NCBI GenBank assembly: GCA_951406725.2
Contig: OX597818.1
Coordinates: forward strand, 144,770,001 to 144,834,000
DNA: 64,000 nucleotides
DNA from: Octopus vulgaris
Taxonomy: Eukaryota
Direction of reading: 5' to 3'
Below the pieces are notes generated by a model. The model was not told where the DNA came from. It did not search any database and saw only the letters and a list, made by a program, of their open reading frames with translations. This document shows, piece by piece, positions 10,440 through 22,111 of this stretch (its first letter is position 1; each line of letters opens with the position of its first letter). The translations under genes were made by a program, and so were the position numbers.

Positions 10440-12600
10440 TTATCTCCTCTGAATCAGATGGGGCGGAGGGAATACCTTATAGACCCAAAGAGGCCTAACT
10501 AGCAAACGGGGAGATCCAATTTTCCAGTAAATAACGCTCGAAGTGGATACATTTCGAAAACACTTCTTTACGGATGTTTAATACGCCAGGTTTCGTATAG
10601 TTCTTAAGAATTTTGGCTCTCTCCGCGATGCAGATCTTGCAACGGCAACTCCCATTAATATACGGATGATCAATTTCCACCTGATGCCACACATAGTCTC
10701 TTAATCTTTAAGGTGCCATACATGGCGGGTCAGGGACGTGACAAACCGTCTTTCTGGGACTCTGTAGGATGACTAGTGGTTAAGAAAACGTCGCTTGAAC
10801 GAAGTACTCGCAGAACCAATATAATTACACACATGGGACGTAGCCCTATTCGCACCCCTGTCGAAACTAAATATTTAGTCATCTTCTGATGTGGCGAAAC
10901 TGGGAACGGCGGAGACCTCTTCCAAGTCGCTGGTCCTGGATAAGTCATTATTTCTAGGTGTGACGTTTGTACTAGTGGTAACATACATTGCGGGTCTAGT
11001 CACTCTATCTGTATCTATGGTTTGTTCATTATCCGTGGCGGTGGTACCGGGGTCTTCGGTGACGCTCTGATGCTGGTCTCGGACTGGTTATCATCTCTCG
11101 CTGTGGCAACTGCATTGGCGTGAGAACTGGTTAATCTGTTAACAATGTTGCAATTTGATGGTACATTACTGTGGATATCAAGTCTAGGTATCACCATAGC
11201 CTCATAGATGCCTCGCATCGGCCTTCTACTGGACAGTTATTATATACCCTGAAAGAGCAACCTGCCTTCTCCCTTGTATTGTGGGTACTTGCTAAAATGT
11301 TTTTTTTTTGTTAGGTGCACAACTAAAGGAGTTTCTTAGGTTGTGTCTGTTAGATAAATGCCTGTATCTATGTGTATGCGTGTGTGAAACGTTTGTCTAT
11401 CAATCTAAGGAAGATCTTTCCCACACAAATCTTGACGTTGAGTGAGAAGGGCGGAGCAAACCAAACGACATTTCTGCGGTGCTTCCTTTTCTGGGTGCTA
11501 GGGCTAGACTAAGTTTAACAACTGGGTGCTAGGGCTAGGAGATGCGGTCTTTAAACCCACTCGATGCCAGTGCCTCGTTGTAGTTGGGGGCAGCGGTGTC
11601 GAAGATATCTTGGCTCGAGGTCATCTTGCTTACACCTTTCACTAGGTTCTTGAAAACTATTGGGGGTGGTAGGAGGCTGTGCTAATATATGACAGTCTCT
11701 TGTTTGGCTTGTAATAAGGCCAGTATGTACCAGAGCCCAGAGCTAAAGTAACATCTAAGAAATCTACTGTGGTGTGATTAGTCTCAATGGTGATCTTGAG
11801 ACCCACTAAGCCTAAAGTGCTACTTAGGTCCTTTCTAAGTCTAATGTATGGCCGTTGGCTCCTCTACAGATGGCTAGGGCGTCATCTCTGTAGAGTCGAA
11901 GGAAACCTCTTCCCTAAGATGTCCAGGATGTACAGTCCGATAAGATCACAGGCATCGGCGCTGCCATATGCTTCCACAGCTACATCAAAGGAGCCCTCGG
12001 GGTCAGATTCATTGATCCAAGTCGAATCTTTACTGAACAGCACCGTCTTCTTGGCATGCATGATAACTCTAACATCACTATTACTAATATCTGTGAAGCC
12101 CTTGGCAAAAGAAAGTGCCTTCAGCAATAACTCTTTAGAAATAGATGGATAAAAGTCGACAATGTCGAACTGTGTAAATATAGCCCTGCCTCTGTCCCGG
12201 TTGGCAATAAACCATGTGGTTACCTCATTGGTGCTGCGCCATAGACAAAGGCTCGTGTATCTTATGTCATCATTAATCTTCCTCTATATACTTACTCGCC
12301 TGGTCTATCTCGGAACTGGCCGGGTTGATCAGGCAGTATTTGGGATTAGAGGTAAAATAATAAAAGCATTTCTCTTGGCCAATATCTCTACTCTGTCTGC
12401 TATAGCTAGGTTAACTGCTATTTGTTTAACCACACAGTTAATGTTATTGTAAGTGTGTGGGGAAGCGTGTCTTTATTTTTGTGTAATTGAATGATTTAAA
12501 AGCCTATCGTAAGCGTATGTATCTATCATAAGTTCTTAGTCTTATCCGAGAAAATTAAGGACCTGTTAGAGTTTCTTATTTTTTTGTATATACGAGTTAA
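10440..12600 (-). mobile_element. Degenerate Penelope-like retroelement (RT plus C-terminal GIY-YIG endonuclease)
   Basis: Minus-strand fragments: FTQFDIVDFYPSISKELLLKALSF (about 12110-12180), FDVAVEAYGSADACDLIGLYIL, LYRDD (about 11881-11895), GLKITIETNHTTVDFLDVTL, RRNVVWFAPPFSLNVK, NYIGSASTSFKRRFLNH (about 10776-10830) and PYINGSCRCKICIAE...LNIRKEVFSKCIH. Many frameshifts and stops. Confidence 0.88.
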
Positions 12601-13167
12601 TTTGTCCCTGGAGACTGCTCTACAAGCGAAAACTCGTAAAGCAGAGCAATAATTTCCCATAGTAGCAATGAAATTTTATGCTGTCACTTTACTCCGTCGC
12701 TGTGAAGACTCGTCAGAACCAGTGTTGCCAACTGTTACGACGCTGTCTCACACACACACAATGACTGTATTACTAATATTTTGTCACTAAGACTTGTGTG
12801 TACTCTGCCTGCTAAAACTTACAGGAAGCATTGCAAGATTTGAACTCAGGCGTAATTAAATATTCTATGTTCATTTCGTTTGCTGCTCTACCGATTCTAT
12901 CCCAGTGACACTTATGTATTTTAAAATTGTTTATTTTTATTGGAATATAACACGTATGTTTATGATACATATATAATACAAAACCACATTAAAAATATAA
13001 ATCTTTAGAGGGATAGGATGTTGAGCGATCTAATGTGACTCTACTCAGAAGGCTGTAATATCATTTGACAGGAAACCCAGTAGAAAGAATACATACGACA
13101 CGGCTGCGACTTTATATACCTTTAATGTGGCCACATGTATATACACTACAAGACTGTCACTTATATC

Positions 13168-13514
13168 CATGTGGGTTTGTTTATGTTTCTGAACAAGATA
13201 GTCACTTTCCGTAAAATTAAAAGAATTTTTTTTACTTATGTTGAGGAAGAGGGTATCTTTTGAAATCGACAGAGACGTACACACCACACACCACAATTTC
13301 TGTCTCGCACATCCCATCAAATACACATCACTTCCTCTGCTTCACGCCGACTTCTAAAGATAAGTTCCCTCTTCCAATCGCTCTCTCTCTCTCTCTCTCT
13401 GACTCTTTCGCTTTTACGCCGACTTCAAAAGATCCCCTCTTCCCCCACATAAGTAAAAAAAAAAATATTACGGAAAGCGACGATCTTGTTCAGAAACATA
13501 AACAAACCCACGTG
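13168..13514. mobile_element. MITE-like element with about 100-bp terminal inverted repeats
   Basis: catgtgggtttgtttatgtttctgaacaagatagtcactttccgtaa... (from 13168) is the reverse complement of ...ttacggaaagcgacgatcttgttcagaaacataaacaaacccacgtg (to 13514). No clear TSD. Confidence 0.75.
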
Positions 13515-13899
13515 CTTTAAGAAGTGATGTGAACTGTTTTCAAAACGAAAGATCGCCAATGGCGAAAAAATGGTTTGATGTGTGGAGGCCACGGTGTTCT
13601 GCGCGTTAGTTCCCATCTGCTACTGACGTGTGGTGTGAGAGGGAGCCAGTTACCGATGCAGAAAGAGAAAGAGATGAGTGTCTGAACCTTAACGTTGCTT
13701 ATGCCTTCTATTGTTCAACTGGTTTAACCCTGCTGTCAAGTGGGGCAACTGCACCTACAAATCCAATACCGGGAAAAATATAAAAAAAGAGGTACAAGGA
13801 AAGAAAAAGAAAGCAAAATTTAAAAAAGAGTGGAAAAGCATCAATTCAACACCAAGTGCCTCAATCGATCGCATAGCATAAGGTTCAACGGAAGCTACT

Positions 13900-14070
13900 G
13901 AAGCAAACCAACACGCATCCTTGGTGATGTCGAGGCTAAGGCGTTGGAACAGCCAAGCATCCTCACGAACATCACCTGACACCTCAGTAAGGCGAACCGC
14001 CAACGATGACGAACACTTCGTCGTTAGCAACCCTGTCCCTCCAAACGCCTCAAACACCACAAGCTGGAAG
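13900..14070 (-). mobile_element. C-terminal restriction-like endonuclease fragment of a CRE-like non-LTR retrotransposon
   Basis: LVVFEAFGGTG...LAVRLTEVSGDVREDAWLFQRLSLDI resembles the P..ET.G..G...RL...SGD.RE...L.QRLS..I motif of CRE-type RLE domains. Confidence 0.55.
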
Positions 14071-14084
14071 AAATAGTTCAGTTT

Positions 14085-14480
14085 CAAATTTTGGCACAAA
14101 GCTATTTCGAGGATGGGGTAACTGGTACTTATTTTATTGACCCTGAAAGGATGAAAGCAAAGCCGACCTCTGCGGAATTTGAACTCAGAACGTAAAAACG
14201 GACGAAATATCGCTAAGCATTTTGCCTGGCGTATTAACGATTCTGCCTGCTCGCCGCTTTAGTGATACTTATAATACTGATTTCAAACAGGGCGGCAAGC
14301 TGACAGAATCGCTAGCATGCTGGGCTAACGATTAACGACATTTCACTTGTCTCTACGTTCTGAGTTCAAGTTCCGTCGAGCTTGACTTTGTCTTTCGTCC
14401 TTTCGAGGTCTGTAAAATAAGTACCAGTTGAGTACTGGAGTTGATGTAACCGATTTAGCCCCTTAACTGGTACTTATTTT
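14085..14480. mobile_element. Head-to-head pair of family B SINEs
   Basis: Minus copy 14085-14260 and plus copy 14290-14480 share ggcggcgagctggcagaa...gagttcaaattccgccgaggtcgactttgcctttcatcctttc...aagtaccag. Confidence 0.8.
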
Positions 14481-16564
14481 ATTGAGTGACACTTATAATA
14501 TCAACGAGGAAAAGTTTACAAGTTTTTCATTGGAGTAAATATGAGAGTTAAAACAAAATTAAATAGACCTTCGATGATGTGATATATGCATGACTTTAAT
14601 GTGATAAACACACACACACACACGTATTTGTAGCTACGCATTTAAAATACCGCTTGCTCTACGGGACATTTTCTACATCCGCTGTTGACACTACCGTGAT
14701 ATTCTATGCTACAAAGTATATCTATATTTTATCCAACAGTGTGTGTAATAAGATAGATGTGTAGCGGGAGAAATTGATTTGTAAACAATATAATGAAATG
14801 TCGGAGTCAGCAGTTGTAGCGATAAGATTTTTTTGTTATAATTGTAAGATGTGAAAGATGAACAATGCATGAAGTTTTAAGAAAGTATTTATTTACCGTT
14901 ATGTTACAAATACCTTGCCTCGACGAGCAGGTTACGATAAATCCAGAAGCATGCGAAATAAAGTTTGTGTTTGTGTCCTCTTCATTGTTTAGTAGTAAAT
15001 ACAGAGAGAGATAGAATGATGTTGTAAGAGAACAGAATTAGAGCTAGTGAGAGTTGTAGGGTGTTGTCTCACAGTTGCTGAGAGTAAACTTCATTTCTCC
15101 ATCTGACCAAGGTTCTATCTGGTCAGACAGACTTCGTTGTCACCGTAGTGACTATCCAGAAGGATAGATATATCATTGAGAACAACAGATTTAGTTGGTG
15201 GTCTTGTTATCTCTATTTTAGCTTTTGGTGAAGTAGAAGAGGTTAGAAAGCGTCAAGTGGCGAAGATATTATTTCGGTCTAGCTTAAGGCATCTGGAAAA
15301 TGTAAAACTGCTGTCAGAGAAAAACCATTGTTCCACTGTGGGAAAAGATCTGTTGCAGTGTTAATTTAAATTTGGCTATGGTGGATTGAATCCACTTCAT
15401 GCATGCAAGATCCACAACAGATGTAAACACTTTTTTTTATGTGCAATATCTTCTGAGGGAGAAAAAAGGATCAACTGTATTAGTTTCATTTCTGCTCAGG
15501 GATTTTATTAGCGACTATGTACACTCTGTTTACTTTGACACTGTTTAGAAATATACGTGTATTAAGAGCTTAATGAAACCAGATAAAGACGATTACATAC
15601 ACATCGAGGACAACTAGTTTGATAAATAATTTATATTCTTATGCATGAGGGTTGCTAACGTTTGTAATAACTTTATTAATTCTCTAATCTAGCATACAAT
15701 AGGGTTACAACATGAATACAAAGTATTGTATTTGAAATAAGTCTTCTTACTGAAAGGTCATCTCTATGCAAGCTGATCGCATTATTATTTATCACTTTAT
15801 GCCATGCACCAGCATGATAGATATATGTATTTTTGTGAGAACCTGGTTGAAATTCGAACAATAGTTCTAATATTTTTCTCCAGTCTAGAACCACGATCTA
15901 TGTATTTTTCAAAAGAGGAAAGAGCTACCACAAAAAATAAAATCTTAAATGAATACAATTTGACCAATCTGCACTGGCTGTCTTATTTATAACTGAGACA
16001 GCAACTTTAGAAGTGTGCAAGGTATCTCGCAAAACGGATTGTAGAACCTTCTGGATCGACAGTTTTTTAAAGGTGACAAAATTCGACTTGGAGCCGAGCT
16101 ATTTCAGATATATACGGTTCATGTTTATTTTTTATACCCCTGTTCTATAGTTTCTGAGTCATTCTCCTGGCAAATTCTACATAATCAAGGAGTTATTTCA
16201 GGATTTGTGCGAGTCGGTTATTTTTACCATGGTAGTTTCTCAACTTTTTTTTTTCTCCTGGTCATGAACCTTAACTAGCAGTTTCAATCAACGAATATTC
16301 ATAATATGCAATCATTCATATGACCTGTATTACACGATGATAATTTGTTGAATGTATGTATGATGCAAATATAGTGTAATGGTAAATAAAACATTTGGTA
16401 ATTCAAACCAATTTTACAACCGTTAAGGAGCTTCTATACGGCCCCTCTATCTACAGGAAGTTGGAGGAGGCAATCTCCTGCAATACTGTCTTCATAAAAA
16501 AAAGGAATCGGGGATGCTCCTAAAAATGAATGGTTGCTTTTGATAATAATTAAATAACAATCTA

Positions 16565-16950
16565 AGGTGGCGAGCTGGCAGAAACGTTAGCGCGCCGGGC
16601 GATATGCTTTGCGGTATTTCGCCTGCCGCTATGTGCTGAGTTCAAATTCCGCCGAGGTCGACTTTGCCTTTCGTCCTTTTGGGGTCGATTAAATAAGTAC
16701 CAGTTACGCACTGGGTCAATATAATTAACTTAATCCGTGTGTCTGTCCTTGTTTGTCCTCTCTGTGTTTAGCCCCTTGTGGATAGTAAAGACATAGGTAT
16801 TTTGTCTGCCGCTATGTTCTGAGTTCAAATTCCACCAAGGTCGAGTTTGCTTTTCATCTCTTCGGGGTCGATAAAATAAGTACCAGTTGAACACTGGGGT
16901 CAATGTAATCGACTCATCCCAACCTCCCTTGTGGAAAAAGTTTGAAATAA
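16565..16950 (+). mobile_element. Family B SINE with partial tandem duplication, CpG-rich (little decayed)
   Basis: ggtggcgagctggcagaaacgttagcgcgccgggcg...gagttcaaattccgccgaggtcgactttgcc, repeated from about 16796. Many decayed copies lie in FAM149 introns (about 26870-28650, 44545-44935, 46940-47580, 55015-55240). Confidence 0.85.
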
Positions 16951-18903
16951 TTAAATAACAATCTATTTAGAGCAGCTTGAATGATTCAGTTGTCTTGGTT
17001 ACGACAAAACAATTCTAATGAGGAAATATAAGTTATTGACTCCTTGGTTGGTATGTACTATTCTACATACTGCCTTAGATTTATGAAGTCAGATTATATG
17101 TGAAAATAGTATTGACTCTTGGTAATTTTATTAATTCTCTCGATAAAGTAGGATGTATTGTAATGATTTTTTTCTCAACTTCCGCTAATCTACTAGAGTA
17201 TTTGAACTATGTTCTGCAAGCTATTGAAACACTTGTCAATTATGTAACAACATCAATTACATAGTACTTCTATGGTAGTGAGCAGAAAGTCGCAACGGAG
17301 CGAGCGGACAGCAGGAGAAATCTTCAGAGGAAGAGCTCCTGTAAAACAAATGTTTCACCCCGTTAGTTCTCAACACTCTGAGGGAGCTGAGACCACTTAG
17401 GTAGTGACTCCTAGGTATCCTTCCACTGTTATTTAAATTCCATCTTCAATAGTGATTGAACTAGATACTTTTAGGTGAGCTTATTGCTCAGCCACACAGA
17501 CCACTTATAAGCTTTTCAAACTAGGTTTCCTCCTTGAGGCTTGCTGTATCTTTTTCAGTTCCATCCATCATCCCTTTTCGCCCATAAATTCAGTGAACTT
17601 TTTCAGTTGTCTCCGACAGGCATTCATTGTCGCTATTCTTTTACGACCAAAGGACAATTTCTAGTTTTTGTCCTTTTATATATCAATAAAATTTATATAG
17701 CTTTTGCACCTGTATGGAAGTCCTGTATATATTTCCCATTTCCCTTCAAGTTTGAGTAGGTTTTGTCCAAGCATCTTTTTTTATCCAAACCACTTCTTCC
17801 CTTCTGTTATAAACATTAGGGCTGAGTCCGTAATTACAGCTATATTATTAGATGCTACAGTTATATAGTACTACTGTAGTATATATAATTAGAGACTACA
17901 ATAATATAGTATTTCAGTAAAATATATAATTATATACAATATATTATAGAATGCTAACAACAGCTGTCCTCACCTTTTGTAAATTCAGCGTCCTATATGA
18001 TGACAAGCAGAATCAGCCATTACCCTCCCCTCCTTAAATCTTCTGTGAGGTTTTCAAAGATAAAGTTTAGTATGAATTCCTTGTATTTATTTTCAGCAGG
18101 CCAAGGTGGGAAACACTTATCTAATGACGCATTTTGGTAATAGTTTTGATGAGTTATCTGCCCTTCTTATTTCAAAAGTAATGAAGTTTGTGAATATCTT
18201 GGAGTTGTCTCCCCTGCCTCTCATTTATGCAAATGTTTTACCTTTCCTCAAATTAATTAAGTCTTACTTAACTGATCTTTTCCTTGCTCGCCACAATGTA
18301 TTATTGCCTACTTTACTAATTATTTTCCATGTGGATGGAAAAGTAATTTCTCTTGCTTATTATTCTACATTGTCACACAAGTATACGGTTATGATTATTC
18401 TTTTTGTTAAGTTTCTGACAGTCAGGGTTAAGACTATGCTTAGTCATAGTTAAGACGATCTAAACATTATTCAAATTGTCACTGTGTCCGCCAAAGATCA
18501 GATTAATTTCCTCCGCTCTTTGCATGCTTATTTCTTCTTTTACTTTATATTTTGGTGTAGTCCCCTAGCGTTGGTAGAGTTTTGTGTAGTTAAAACTTTC
18601 TTGTTTACCGCTTTCATTGTCTACTCTTACTTTAGTAATTATTTCATCTTAATTTGGTATCAAATTATTAGTCAGTTGGAAAATTTATTAAAAACATGAA
18701 TAGCAGAATTCGAGAATAATAACTCCTTTTTTAATTCCAAATTTAATTCTTATTATTCTTCAGTTGATGCAAACTATTTGAATTTACCATATTTGATGGT
18801 ATTAAGGCGCATATTTTTCTTCTAAAAAAAAAAAAAGATCCCTTTTAAATCATACTGTACCATGTTTAAAAAAATGCACATATTAGGTAATGTTGTCCTA
18901 GGT

Positions 18904-20165
18904 CAGGGATGTCCAATCTTTTTTCCTTGTGGGTCAAACTATAAATTTAAGTATATTCACTAGACCACAAAGGTACTTAGATATAAACTTTTAAAAAGTT
19001 CAAGATATAGTGAATAACATTTTTAATAACAAGTATAAATACAAAATTATGTGTTATTGACAGTAAAAATGAAATTACACTTACACGAAATAAAATCAAT
19101 GTGATTTTTGGCATTGCTTTCCTTTTATGATAATCTCAATATCTGCTTTTATGGTACTATTCTTTACTTTAAGAATGTTAGTTAAATGACAGTCACTCAG
19201 CCTATTTCTTTCAGCAGTTTAGAGGTTTTTCATACATGAAAAGAATTGGTCACAGCAGTATGTACTACCCCACATGCACAATAGTTGAAATCTATTCAAA
19301 GTTGCTGCTTGACCAAGCCATTTGACTTTTGAGAAATAAATAATGTCTTCATACTCACTGCCAACTTCTGTCAATTATGCTTTGAATGTCTGATAGTTCA
19401 AGCCCTGAGATCTGATAAAACTTAACAATGTTCGCAATATCTGTCATCAACTGTATCATATTTAATTTTTGAGCACACAATTGCTGTTGATGATAGCTAA
19501 GTATATCATGATCAACCATTTCTTTGAATAAAGTAATAAACCCATTATTTTTACCAGTTAAAGCAGAAGCACCATCAATTGTAATTGAATTAATTTCATT
19601 TCTATCAACATTGAACTTTTCTAATGATAAACTAAAATGCTCAATTATGTCCCCGCCAGTTGTTGAACCCTTCATATGACACACACCCAACGTTTCTTCA
19701 ATAATATTAAAATTAACACCAATTCCTCTGATAAAAATAACCAATTGTGCAGTGTCACTTTGATCAGTACTTTCATCCAATACTAAACTGTAATGGACAC
19801 ATTTAGATAACTGAGTCTGCAATGTACCCACAATACTCTCAGCTAAGTCACCAATTCTTCTACCAGTTGTCTGATGTGACACTCTTGTTTCATTGAATCA
19901 GTTCACCTTCTCAGGACAATATTTATTTAAAGCACTTACAATACATTCTTTTATTAATTCACCATCTATCAGTGACTTATCCTTCTGAGCCAATTGTTCA
20001 GCTATTAAATAACTAACTTTTGTACATGTACCAGTTTCCCCAACATGGTTTTTGAAACTGTTTTGTTGTGAACGAATCTTCTTCCTTAATTCATCTATTT
20101 TCATTTTCCCTCTTTCTCCATTTAAATCATTATATTGTGACTCATGACCACAAAAGATTTGAAAC
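18904..20165 (-). mobile_element. hAT (Charlie/SPIN/GTF2IRD2-like) DNA transposon relic, 3' part
   Basis: Transposase fragments YSLVLDESTDQSDTAQLVIFIRG, MKGSTTGGDI, SITIDGASALTG and a C-terminal MWGSTYCCDQFFSCMK...KQCQKSH. Terminal repeat CAGGGATGTCCAATCTTTT at 18904, next to a TCCTAGGT target-like octamer. Confidence 0.88.
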
Positions 20166-20790
20166 TGCAAACCTGGTTATGGGTTTCCTTGAGAACAAAC
20201 TGTATGAGGACATAAGGAAAATCTTTGAACACGACTTCAAAGAAGACATCTACCTCGATGACTGTTTCATCTTTTGGAACAGATCAGAAGAAGATCTACG
20301 AACATTCCACAACATCCTCAACACACTGCGTCCATCTATCAACTTTACGACAGAAACCATCCTAGACATCAACATCAAGATACACAACTCCATCATCACA
20401 ACAGACATCTACTACAAAACAACTGACACACACCAAAATTTAAATTTCTACTCCTGCCACCCATCCCACATAAAAAGAAACATTCCATATAGTATGGCAA
20501 GATGCATATGCAGCATAGTGATCAACTCACAAATACGCCAAATAAGACTAAATGAACTTAAAAACTTCCTACTAGAACAGAAATACCCATTCAAATTAAT
20601 ATAAAATGGAATCTCAAAAGCAATGAAACTGGACATCACACAACTCAGAACTCCAAAAAAGAAAAACAAAGAAAACATCATCGCATTCATAAACACACAC
20701 AACCCTGGAGTTACTAACATGTTTCAAATTATACAGTCAAACTTACCAATAGTCCTACAAAGCCCCAAAATGGGAAACCTATTAAATAAA
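20166..20790 (+). mobile_element. Penelope-like RT fragment (second PLE family)
   Basis: ANLVMGFLE...YLDDCFIFW...INFT...ILDINIKI...TDIYYKTTDTHQNLNFYSCHPSHIKRNIPYS matches PLE RT palm and thumb motifs. Confidence 0.85.
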
Positions 20791-21519
20791 TAAAGCACCA
20801 GGAGAGAAGACAAAGAGACAAAATAAACTGCAATCATTACATCAATTTAAAATGCAGAGCAATCTTCAGCTGCACAAAAGACATAGAATTTAATTAAATT
20901 AGAATAGATGGACACAATAGTATAATTATACCTAAAATCTCCAAGAAGTTAAGGAGATAGACAAAGAACATGCTGTCTCACTCCAGCATAGAAGTTACTA
21001 AGTTTTCAAGAAGATATACATTGTAATAGACTCTACCTATCACTGATTTTTTTGTTTTTATGAGGTCAGTTTTAATTTATAGACTATAAATTATAGTCTA
21101 AATTATAGACTGAACATTTTTACACTTAAACAGCAAGAGTTCAGAAATAGAAAGAAATTATTTCAAATAAAACAAAGATATAAAATTAAAATATAATAAT
21201 AGATTCTTCTTTTATTGCTTATTCTACAAAACCAATGATTTTCAGATGGACTTTCAGGTTGGCGTTAGTTTAAACAATTTCTACATCTGGTGTCAGTATT
21301 CAATGGGTGTGTATGTGCATGTGTATATGTGCGTGTGTGCATGTGTGTGTGTGTGTGCATGCATACATACACACATTCTTTTATTCATTCATTCATTTAA
21401 GTAAACAATCATTCATATCTGCAAATACACACACACATACAGAAATGTACATAAATGCATATATAGGTATGCACATGTAAACATACGTTTATAAAGACAC
21501 ACACACATGGACACATACA

Positions 21520-21571
<52 letters not shown>

Positions 21572-21578
21572 TACACTA

Positions 21579-21615
<37 letters not shown>

Positions 21616-22043
21616 TGGACACATACACTAATATATATACACACACACACACACACTTAAATGTATATACATATAGATACACAGGTACATGTGCCTTTGT
21701 GTGTGTATGTTGGACGGAGACAATGATACTGAAGATGTTTGTAAAAATATAGAGCAAGAAAAAAAAATGAATTGCTTCAGTGATGGTTATGATTAGTTGC
21801 TGCAGTATGGGCTTTGTATTTACTTGTTGTCGTTGTTATTGATTTAATCAAAAAGTTTCTCTTTAAAAAAAAAGAGACAAAGATAGATAAAAAAAAACCC
21901 CACAAAAACTCTGTACATTTTGTTGAAAGTTACAATAGTTGGAGAATGATGTAAGCAACATAAGCTTTGGATCTTCATCCCCACAAATGTTGCTGTTGGT
22001 TTGATGATGTCCCTGGAGTTGTAAGTGCCCTGAATTGCAAGCA

Positions 22044-22111
22044 TCAGGATTGAACTGTAGTGCTGTACTGTTGATTTCTCCGCAAGGGTTTGTTAGTGGT
22101 TGTAGCTGGGG
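22044..22111 (-). CDS. FAM149B1: FAM149 exon 16 (stop codon)
   Basis: Acceptor ctcctatttcag; APATTTNKPLRRNQQYSTTVQS*. Candidate minus-strand AATAAA sites at about 21379-21384 and 21211-21216. Confidence 0.75.

Noticed and set aside
14852-15419. Possible solo LTR (TG...CA with GATG on both sides)
   Set aside because: No terminal inverted repeat, primer-binding site, polypurine tract or internal domain; a 4-bp match is expected by chance.
20850-20875. Minus-strand CTGAAGA-TTGC-tct-GCA next to the PLE RT fragment
   Set aside because: No GAAA follows the hairpin.
21080-21100. Short perfect palindrome TAGACTATAA-A-TTATAGTCTA
   Set aside because: AT-rich and typical of a local template switch; no evidence of function.
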